Shown one piece after another: positions 53,764 to 64,000 of a stretch of 64,000 nt of DNA. The translations under genes and the position numbers were made by a program. This DNA is from Octopus vulgaris (taxonomy: Eukaryota): NCBI GenBank assembly GCA_951406725.2, contig OX597815.1, positions 160,704,001 through 160,768,000 on the forward strand, in the 5' to 3' direction. The notes below the pieces were generated by a model. That model saw only the letters and a program-made list of their open reading frames with translations. It was not told the DNA's origin and did not search any database. Numbering within the stretch: the first letter of the stretch is position 1; every line of letters begins with the position of its first letter.

Positions 53764-55662
53764 CTGTGACCATAACATCCATTTTTTGTCTTTTTTACAT
53801 GACTACATTTTCCAACATCTTTGAAGGCAATTCAGCTGCTTTTCTAGTAAATTGAGTTATTGCATAAAGCATTCATAGAAAAACTGAAACTTGTAGGCTA
53901 CATGTGGCTTGCATGAATTTCTGAATGGCATACCTAATAAAAAAATTACTTTGAGTCTTTTTTTAGTAGTGCAGCTTGTCTGATGATGAGCCTTGTCTCA
54001 TGCAGTCAGCTTCTTGTAAAGTTTGCCCATGCTCGTTCTCCTTATTCAATCTTGATATACTTTTATTACAGCATGCACCATTGCTCAATATTATTAAAGA
54101 TTCATATATGACACATGTACAATATTGTTGTTACTGCTGCTGAGCTTTACGTCATTCCTGATTGAGCTACAGACCTGTGATCAAAGTTGTTTACCAACAT
54201 GACTGTTCCATCTTTTCGTTATTTATGCTATATATCTCTTAAAACCATGGATCTGCACTTGGTGAAAGCATGGGCAAAAGTTTTTTTTTTTGTTTTCTGT
54301 ATCTTGTATACTCTTGCCACCATAGGATCTTGTGCTATTTGACCCATAACTGGAGTGCTTGACTGACCAGGTCTAGGAGTAGCGGTGACTAAGGCATAAT
54401 GCCATACTCTTGTAAAAATTTTTGAACTCCAGAGCTGGAGCCCTATGACCTGATGCAGTTTAACCCTTTTAATTTCAACCTACTTGAAACCACCCTTGGT
54501 TCTATTATACAAACCTCTGGTTTTAAAGTAATCCAAGTTAAGATCTTCCACCAAAATTTCAAGTTAATTTATATTCCAAACACCAGTTTAATAATAGTCT
54601 CAAATTTTGACACAAGGCCAGCAAATTTGAGGGAGGAGATTAGTCGATTACTTCGACCCCAGTGCTCAATTGTTACTGATTTTATTGACCACAAAAGGAT
54701 AAAATGCAAAGTCAACCTTGGTGGAATTTAGAACTCAAAGTGCAAAAATTGATGAAATGCCATTAAGCATTTTGTCTGGTGTGCTAATGATTCTGTCAGC
54801 TTACTGTCTTACACCAATGTAATAGTGACAGTTATTTGAGTAAATTTTACATTATTTTAAAATTTAATTGAAATGAAGTTGGTATATTTCGACATAAATG
54901 TGGTAATGAAAAACAAGTTGATGTCTTAACCAGTACAATGTCAATAGTCTCAAACAAAATGCTGGAATGTGTTCTGTCTGTGGCAACTGCTACACTATGA
55001 CTTAAGTCCACCTATTCTGTCACTGCTATGACTAATACCAATACTTATTGTCATATGATACTAAACTCGTCTGTGGAGAAAATGCATTCTGCATAAGTTG
55101 TTAGTTACATGCACCTCACGCAACTGAACGATACTCTATGTGATCGTTTAACCTGTTAAAAATAGAAATCACCATTATTTTAATGTTGACTTCTTTAAGC
55201 CTGCATGAGTTGGAATGGAGTTTATTGAGGCAAATTTTCTACAGCTGGATGCCCTTCCTGTTACACACTCTCTCCTATTTCCAAGCAAGCTAATATTTCC
55301 CCACAACCAGACATGTTCTCAAAGAATACTAGAAATGAATGACACTGCTTCTATGACAGTGACACTTATTTACATGTATCATACAAACACACTCATACAC
55401 ACATATACATAAATACATAAACATATATATGTAAGTGTATATGTGTACTCACACATATACACTCTCTCTTTTATCTTTTACTTGTTTCAGTCATGAGACT
55501 GCAGCTATGCTGGTTCACCACCTTGAAGAATTTTGGTTGAATGGTACTTATTTCCTTTTTAAACCTGGTAGTTATTCTATTGGTCTCTTTTGCCAAACCA
55601 CTAAATTATAGGGACATAGACATCCCAACGGTTTTCAAGGTGTGGTTGGGGACAAACGCACA

Positions 55663-55692
<30 letters not shown>

Positions 55693-55695
<3 letters not shown>

Positions 55696-56050
55696 TAAAA
55701 TTATAATTTAGGGTATCAAAGAGATACCACCACGTTTGAAATAGCAGCCAAAACTTGATGAGGCAAAACATTTCTTATGCAGAGCCAGAAATCCGGGATC
55801 TGGAATTATGCAGTAATTTTTTTGCTAGTTTATTTTGTCTTTTTGTCTTCTCTCCTGGTGCTGTATGAACTTTTAATGTGGTTTTAGAGTCAAGTTTTGG
55901 CTGCTATTTCAAGCATGGTGGTATCTCTTAGATACCCTAAATTATAATTTTAATAATAATTATTACCTTTGAAGGTTTTATTCCCATGCTGGCCACTTGA
56001 TAAGTTCAATATTTAAATAACAATCGTATCCTTATTTATATAAATTGATA
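55693..56050. mobile_element. Penelope-like insert with 66-bp inverted arms, inside the microsatellite of a SINE A
   Basis: 55693-55758 is inverted relative to 55890-55955; HHR-like UGAUGA-GGC..GCC-A-GAAA-UCCGGGA-UC lies between; TA flanks. Confidence 0.6.
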
Positions 56051-57304
56051 TATATGTGTGTGTGTGTGACAGGCCTCTTTTAGTTTCTGTCTACCAAGTC
56101 CACTCACAAAGCTGTTGTAGAAGACATTTGGCCAAGGTGCCATGCATTAGGACTGAACCCAGAATCCTGTGGTTGGGAAACAAACTTCTTACCACACAGC
56201 CATATCTGCGCCTACAAGTAGCTTTTTTCTTCTTCTGTCAACCAAGTCCATTCACATTTTCAATGCCTGAAAATTTAGCTGGATAGTCAAGGCAGGAATG
56301 CTTTTAATCATAAGTCTGTTTGATCAGAATTGATCTGACTCTAAACCACAGCAGTATGTTGGAGTGCTCAGTGTGGTTGCAAAGTTGCTGGAGGCAATGT
56401 TTATCCTTAGTACCAGATGTATTGATTACAGCAGGTCATTGACTGACTACTTACATGCTGACAGTCTGCCCAAACAAGATTTCCCAACAGCATCAATAAC
56501 ACCATATTATATTCACATATTTGCACATAATGGAGTATAATTAGTGAGTTCATCTTAAATCTATATCTTTGTTAAATTTTTATCGTTTTTTTTTTCTTTT
56601 ACTTGTTTCAATCATTGAACTGCAGCCGAGTGTTTAGACAAACAAATTGACCCCATACTTACTCTGTCAGTTTCTTTTGCTGAATCACAAATTTATGGGG
56701 ATGTAACCAGTCCAACACCATTTGTCAATAGGTAGTGGAGGATGCACACACACACACAAATGTATTATCTCATAGCTTCAAGATTTCAATGATGTGATTG
56801 CTTATTTTTAGAATGATATTGTAAAATAAGTGAGAAAGGCCAGATCTGGCCAGACTGAACATAAAATAAATAGAATATTTGGGCTAGATATGGTTAATTT
56901 AAATTCTTCACTTTAAAAGGAATTTAACAAATGACAATTAAGAATTAAATAGAGGAGTGAAAAATATTTTGCTCTTGTTTTCTTTTGGTTTATATTTTAT
57001 CAAAGTAAATAGTTTATTAAAAGTATTTTCAGAATTATATTTTTATAATTTATAAAATGTATTTTATAATCTGTGAGCAGCAGTGCAAATATTTGCTATT
57101 TCATACTTAAAACCTGCATCCTCCATGTTATCATTAAAAAAAAAAAATGTTGGATATGCTCAGATTTATTGATTTTTTTTTTTTTTTATAATTTAAAAAA
57201 AATTTTTTTAACAAACTTCCCCATGTTTTAGTCAACCTTTACTTTGCAGAGTTGAATATGTGTTTTCTCTATCACAAAAATTTTTTCTGTGAAGGTACAT
57301 TCTT

Positions 57305-57343
<39 letters not shown>

Positions 57344-57944
57344 CACACATGCACTCACTCACTCACACACAGAGTATGGAGTGGAATTATTAACAATCTC
57401 AGTTAAAGCTTTCAAATGTCACAGAATTTTGTTCAGAACTAATCAAATGATTTTCTTTTGCAAAAGTATATATATATATATTCCAAGTTCTTTTCTATTT
57501 TCTCATTCTAGTCCTCTCACTGTGCTCCATCTTTGTCTGTGTATCTATCTGTCTTTGTCTCTCTCTCTCACACACACTCTCTTTCTCTATTTATCTGCCT
57601 CACTTTTTCTCTTTCATTTGTTGAAACAAGAAAATATTTATGTTTAGACTATGGAAGCATGGACAAATCTAGTGAAGTGCACACTGTCAATATTGGCTTG
57701 TTACCAATGTTCATAATTTAGTCAACACTGAATGTAACTAGCTGATATTTTACTGACATCCAACGAGACAAAGACAAACTTGACAGAATTTGCACTCAAA
57801 ATGATGATGAATGAAATGTATTGCTGGTGCAGAATCCTTGCAGCTTCCTTCTTACTTCCAGTCATATTAATTGTGATTTAACCCTTTAGCATTCAGATTA
57901 CTCTGTCAAATTTATCAATCATGCGTTATTTCATAGCTTCCTGA

Positions 57945-58558
57945 TATAACTATGGTGTGGCCTCACTTGGAATTTGCATCACCGGTCTGGAACCCCTATC
58001 TTGCCCAGGATATTAATCATCTGGAAGCCGATCTGTGATGTGCAACCAAGAGAATGCCCTCCATCAGGCATTTGCCATATTCTGAACACCTTACTTCTCT
58101 GGGCATGCATACATTGAAACTCCGACGTCTGGCAGCTGACTTGGCAGACACTTATAAAATTATTAACCATCTTACTAACAATAACTCTGAACACCTTTTC
58201 AAACTCCATCTGTCTAACACCCATGGACATGTTTACAAAGTCAGAAAACAGCACAGCTCCCATGACTTTTGGAAACATTTTTTCACGCTAAGAGTTGCTG
58301 AAGTATGGAACAAACTGCCGGCATCAGTTGTTAGTTGTCAGAGCACTGCATAACTTCAAAACTTCCATGCTTCCTGAGATTAGCCAACACTACACCTGAT
58401 TTTCTCTTCTCCATACACACGCAACCATGTATCTGACTCATACATTTTGTACATTTGTACATTATTGCATATGCTTTATATGCACTTTTGACAAGTTGAG
58501 GTGCACTTGAGCACTGTATACAATAATTTCGTTATTATTATGATTATTATTATTACTA
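57945..58558 (+). mobile_element. CR1-clade LINE 3' fragment nested in a piggyBac-like MITE
   Basis: PHLEFASPVWNPYLAQDINHLE..HFFTLRVAEVWNKLPASVV; paralogue of the 41895 copy. Confidence 0.85.
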
Positions 58559-59069
58559 TTTATTTCGATTATAACATTGTTTATTTTTAGAAGGATATTA
58601 TTGGATAGGTGTGAAAGGCTGGATCTGGCTGGTTTGAACATAAAACAAATAGAATATTTGGGATGGATATGGCCGGTTTAAATGCTAAAAGGTTAAAGTG
58701 TGACTGTTTGTGGTGGATTGGTTGAACTGTGGTGCAACAGGCAAAAATACCTTGTGGTACTTAATTATATCACTTCACAATTTAAGCTCAAATCTTAACA
58801 GTCAGCTTTACTTTTAATCTCTCAGAGTTGTTAAAGTAAGCACCAGTCAAGTACTAAGGCTTATTTAATAGATCTATACAAAATTCTCTGAGGCCATGTT
58901 AGAAACAAATATCAGTTTTAAGTGTTTGAAAGAAAGAAAAACTTTGGAAGTTTCTAAAAGTCTTCAGGTAAAATGTTTATTTATGCTTTGTGAGTGGACT
59001 AAAGATAAGAGATGCAGTTTTCTTTTCTAAACATAAATTAAAAGAGGGCTAAACTCATTTTCATTAGTC

Positions 59070-59650
59070 CTTGACCACTCAAAATTCTTTGGGCTACTTC
59101 TGCCATTGTCTTGAGGGCTCTGCTCCTCTTTCTCCTGAGAAATTGAGAGTTGTTTCTATGTGATTATCACTAGACTGGCTTGCAAACTCACTCGCTACCA
59201 TCTCTGTAGTGAGGATTGGGTTTAGGAGCCAGATTCTCTCAAGTTAAACGGGTCTACCTCTCAATCTTGTAGATGTGGTTTCTTTTATTCTGTTTTTATA
59301 TGGAACAGTGAGTTCAGTCAGAATCACTTGTTTTGATGAAAATGAAGAAATGAATCTCAAATCACTCTTTATGATTTCTGATTGATTTTTCCTTGCTGTG
59401 TACTCCCAGTCCTTCTCTCCATTCAATATACCCTGTATATATGATTCTTTATCACAAGTCTGCCATGTAGAACATTGATGTAGCTTCTGGTGGTATAATC
59501 TTTCATCTCATAGTACAAATCATTTGTACAATCTCTTTAAGTGCTTGATTATGCCTCCATGTATACACCTTCCTTAAGATTGCTCCACTTTGCATGATAT
59601 CAGGTCATATTCCCCTGTTTTCTTTGTTGTGACAGAGCAGGCACACAGTT
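59070..59650 (-). mobile_element. Decayed HERO-clade non-LTR fragment (restriction-like endonuclease region)
   Basis: YTWRHNQALKEI and SSKQVILTELTVPYKNRIKE match the HERO-type WRHNQVL and LELTVPWE motifs. Confidence 0.7.
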
Positions 59651-59692
59651 AATAGTGATGATGTAGTGGTGGGGATTATTATTATTATTATG

Positions 59693-60280
59693 AAAGGTGG
59701 TGAACTGGCAGAATTTTTAGCATGCTGGACTAAATGCTTTGCGGTATTTTTGTTCATCTTTATGTTCTGAGTTCAAATTCTGGCATGGTTGACTTTGCCT
59801 TTCATCATTTTGGGGTCAATAAAATATCAACTTACCCACTCCCCCAGAATTGTTGGTCGTGAGCCAAAATTTGAAACCATTATTATTATTATCAAAGGTG
59901 GTGAGCTGGCAGAATCGTTAGCATGCTGGGCAAAATGTGTAGCTGTATTTCGTCTGCCGTTACGTTCTGAGTTCAAATTCCACCGAGGTTGACTTTGCCT
60001 TTCATCCTTTTGGGGTCGTTAAATTAAATACCAGTTACGCACTTGGGTTGATGTAATCGACTTAATCCGTTTGTCTGTCCTTGTTTGTCCCCTCTATTTT
60101 TAGCCCCTTGTGTGTAGTAAAGAAATAGGTATTTCACTTATCACTCTGTTCTGAGTTCAAATTCAACCAAGGTTGACTTTGCCTTTCATCCTTTCGGGGT
60201 CAATGAAATAAGTACCAGTTATGCACTGGAATCAATGTAGTCGACTATCTCCCTACTCCACAGGCCTTGTGCCTATACTA
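59693..60280 (+). mobile_element. Cluster of SINE B copies
   Basis: Three family cores, one nested at GGTATTTC. Confidence 0.8.
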
Positions 60281-60325
60281 GACAGGATTATTATTATTAT
60301 AATTATCATTATCATTATTATTATT

Positions 60326-60844
60326 CTAATGTTTGACTTTCGCTTTACATTTGTTCAAGTTGGCTCCAAGTCTCACCCAGAGACCTCAAAGTTCATGTTG
60401 GTATTATGCCTAGGGTGCCATACATTTGGTTTTGTACTTAGTGTTGTACTAGTGAATGTCTAAAAAACCATACGAAAATTATGTTTGTTTTAAAACTTGA
60501 GATTTCATAGAAAGTATTTTGCGTAGGATATGAGCAGTTCCCATGAACACTATCTTATGAATTTCTGCCATTTTGGGGTTTCCTGGTATCTGAGTTAGGT
60601 AGCAATCAGCCCCTTTTGCTATCATTCCCAGGGCACCTATGACAACAGGTATTGTTTTAGTCTTCAGGTTCCACATTTTGCTGATTTCTATTTCAAGATC
60701 TTTATATTTGCTCAATTTTTTGGTAGGTCTTGACAGATACGTTTATATCGATTGGGATAGTCATATCAATGAGGAGGCATGTATTTTGTCTGAATTCTTT
60801 CAATATGATGTCTGGCCTATTTGCATCTATCTTCCTGTCAGTTC
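60326..60844 (-). mobile_element. Dong/R4-clade non-LTR 3' fragment (RLE domain) in (TAA)n
   Basis: TDRKIDANRPDIILK..CLLIDMTIP..(frameshift)LSKYKDLEIEISKMWNLKTKTIPVVIGALG..GTAHILRKILS; (ATT)n on both sides. Confidence 0.85.
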
Positions 60845-60863
60845 ATTATTATTATTATTATTA

Positions 60864-60909
<46 letters not shown>

Positions 60910-61134
60910 CATTATTGAGGTGGCCAGGTGCCAGAATCATTAGCACATCAGACAAAATGTTTAGTGGTATTTTCCTCCATCTTTAGATTCTGAGTTCAAA
61001 TACCACCAAAGTTGATTTTACCTTTCATCCTTTTGCAGTTAATAAAATAAATACTAATTGAACATTGGGGTTGATGTAATCAACCAGCTACCTCACCCAA
61101 AATGTCAGGCCTTATGCCAATAGAAGAAAGGAAT

Positions 61135-61300
61135 ATTTTATTATTATTATTATTATTATTGTTATTGTTATTATTATTATTATTATTATTGTTGTTATTA
61201 TTGTTATTATTATCGTTATTATTATTGTTATTATTGTTATTGTTATTATTATTGTTATTATTATTATTATTATTGTTATTATTATTATTATTGTTATTAT
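61135..61300. repeat. (TTA/TTG)n trinucleotide repeat
   Basis: Direct reading. Confidence 0.95.
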
Positions 61301-62357
61301 TGCTGTGCTACAAGAGATTATAGAGGAATCCTGTAACCTACTCAGTTTACTCATTTACATAGGAGACTATGACAGAATCTTTACATGGCTACTCAACATG
61401 CGAGATATATCAAACAAATCCTCCATAAATCATGTCTTGTAAAGTGTGAAAAAAAAAAAGAGAAAAGGACACACTAGATAACATGGTCTTTGGTTTCCCC
61501 CACATACAAGATAAACATGGGGTGTTGTCATGATTGGAGTGCCTTTCATCTTAGTTTTTCTCAGTCAGAGCTGACCTGAGGCTACACAACAACAATAGCA
61601 ATAACATATTTATAATAAGCTGGATAAACTGGTTCATAAAATTTTCAGTACCCATTACAGACATTCTGAATATAGCATTTGAATGAGGATACAAGCTTTC
61701 TGCTGGTAGGATGACACATCAACACTTCGCACAGCATAGACGTTATTAATTAATGGACTAGCTTGGGACAAAAGATGGCTGAATTGTTAGACTGTTGGGG
61801 GAAATGCAGAATTTGTTTCCGTTCTTTACTTGCTAATGCTGCTGAAGTCAATCTTATCTTTTATCTTTTCTGGGGTTGGTAAATTAACCCTTTAATATTC
61901 AGATTAATCTGTCAAATATAATATTTACTCACATTGTTTTGAATTAATACTGCCTAATCTCATAGCTTTGAGATTCTGACAGAATAACATTGTAGAGTAT
62001 GTGTGAGAGGCTGGATCTGGCCAATTTGAATATAAAGCCAATAGAAGAGTTGGCTGAATATTTTTATTTATTTATTTTTATCTAGTTTCAGCTCACAAGC
62101 TGTGGCCATGCTGGGGCACCGCCATATGGCTGGTTTAAATGCTAAAAAGGTTAAAGTATCAGTCTTTAAGGTTAATATAATTGATTGACACCTCTCCTCA
62201 AAATTTCTGGGGCCTCATGCTTATGTTAGAAATGATGCATAAATTTAAATTAGTACTATTAAACGAGAAATTTTCCTTGTATTGTTTGTCCTGTACTCTG
62301 TTTGATTTTATGTTTTCGTTTCTCGTTGTGTTCTACGTTTATTTGTGGTGTCCTGTA

Positions 62358-62403
<46 letters not shown>

Positions 62404-62780
62404 TGTATATATACATATAGATGTAAGTATGTACATATATGTATGTATATATGCATATATTTTATTTATTTATTATATTGTTATTATATGACCAAACGCA
62501 CGCGTTGTTTCTCTGTTTCTCTTCTCCAAGTAAGTTTTTATTTATATATATATATATATATATAACTGTGTGCATATCGTTGTATCTGTCTGTACCCCCA
62601 TCACTGCTTGACAGCCAGTATTTGTGTGTTTATGCCCCTGTAACTTGGCAGTTCAACAAAAAGACCAATAGAATAAATACTTCGCTTAAAAAAACTTAGT
62701 CCTGCAGTGCTCCAGCATGGTCATAGTCAAATGACTGAAACAAGTAAAAGAATAATATTCTCTATGTTGTTATATATGTA

Positions 62781-63152
62781 TACCGTATATACTTGCAGAT
62801 AGGTTTCCCCCTTAGTTTGAGGTTATCAAAGAAAGTGTTTGCAGGTAACTTGCAGATAGGTTGCACTATAATCTGGGGAGTTATAATGGCCCTTTTATAG
62901 CATAAATATAACTAATATTTGTTAAATATTATCAAATATTCATCGTTATATTAAAAATTTTGCATACAAATATTAAAACATTTTTGAAGAAATGACTTTA
63001 TGAAAATAGCCTAATTGATAAATCGACTCAGCAATTAAAATGCCACCATCTATTTCGGATCCCTGTGATATTGAGTGAATAGGTTGCACCCCTGATTTTT
63101 ATCAAAATCTTTAGTAAAAAAAATTGTGATCTATCCACGGGTATATACGATA
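62781..63152. mobile_element. pogo/Tigger-like MITE
   Basis: TACCGTATATACTTGCAGATAG versus CTATCCACGGGTATATACGATA; TA ends. Confidence 0.7.
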
Positions 63153-63662
63153 CCTTTAAGAACAGGGACAATGTCTACATTTACCTTAGAGCAGTGTCTT
63201 TTACAAATAGCATTGTATATTATTTTAGCAACACAGCATCATGTCAGAAATGGGGGCACTAATACATTGATGGAATTTTTGGGCAACTGCTGATCACATG
63301 TGTAAATGTCTTGCACAGATGTCTGGCATAATCAACATTTTTAGTTGCATCATGGGGTCTGAGAGTATCATTGTCTTATCCATTATATGTTCGGCTTTAC
63401 TTTCAAGATGTAGCATGATGCGTGTTTGTGTGCGTGAGTAAGAAAGTCAGTATATATTTATGTAGTTGTAAGTATGAACATTTAGATAAATGTATTTATT
63501 TTTATGTAATTGTGTGTGTATGTCCATAATTGTATGAATATATATATATATATGCGTTTATATGCATGGAGATGTATAGTTGAATAAGTGCCAATTGCAT
63601 ATGTGTATGCGTGAGTATGTGTATATAATATGAATGTATGTATACATGTGTGTGTGTGTATA

Positions 63663-64000
63663 TTCTTTTATTCTTTTACTTGTTTCAGTCATTTGACTGC
63701 GGCCATGCTGGAGCACCACCTTTAGTCGAGCAAATCGACCCCAGGACTTATTCTTTGTAAGCCTAGTACTTATTCAGTCAGTCTCCTCTTATGGGGATGT
63801 AAATGCACCAGCACCGGTTGTCAAGTGATGTTGGGTGGACAAACACATACACACAAGCATGTACATGCACATACATACATACATACATACACACACACAC
63901 ATACACACACATATAGATATATACATGGCAGGCTTCTTTCAGTTTCTATCTACTAGATCAATTCACAGGGCTTTGGTTGGCTCGAGGCTATAGTAGAAGT
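63663..64000 (-). mobile_element. SINE family A copy running off the window end
   Basis: Tail and body match the family. Confidence 0.85.

Noticed and set aside
53973-54012. Hammerhead-like CTGATGA-TGAG..CTCA
   Set aside because: The essential GAAA is missing.

Overview
AT-rich, repeat-dense eukaryotic DNA with no recognisable intact host CDS; most ORF-track entries are microsatellite read-through. The repeat repertoire suggests a cephalopod, probably Octopus (inference from recalled repeat families). The window is a mosaic of tRNA-type SINEs, LINE fragments (RTE, CR1-like, HERO, Dong/R4), Helitrons, TIR MITEs (hAT, piggyBac-like, mariner/pogo, Merlin-like), a decayed maT/DD37D-type transposase and Penelope-like remnants. 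Highlights: minimal type-I hammerhead ribozyme motifs at 11752-11845 and 16214-16299 (both minus) plus decayed relatives; a perfect 214-bp palindrome; SINE self-nesting at one internal site; tandem or nested Helitrons, one with an extra internal segment; and a CpG-rich domain (~10-34 kb) between CpG-depleted flanks, with a candidate divergent promoter near 29 kb.
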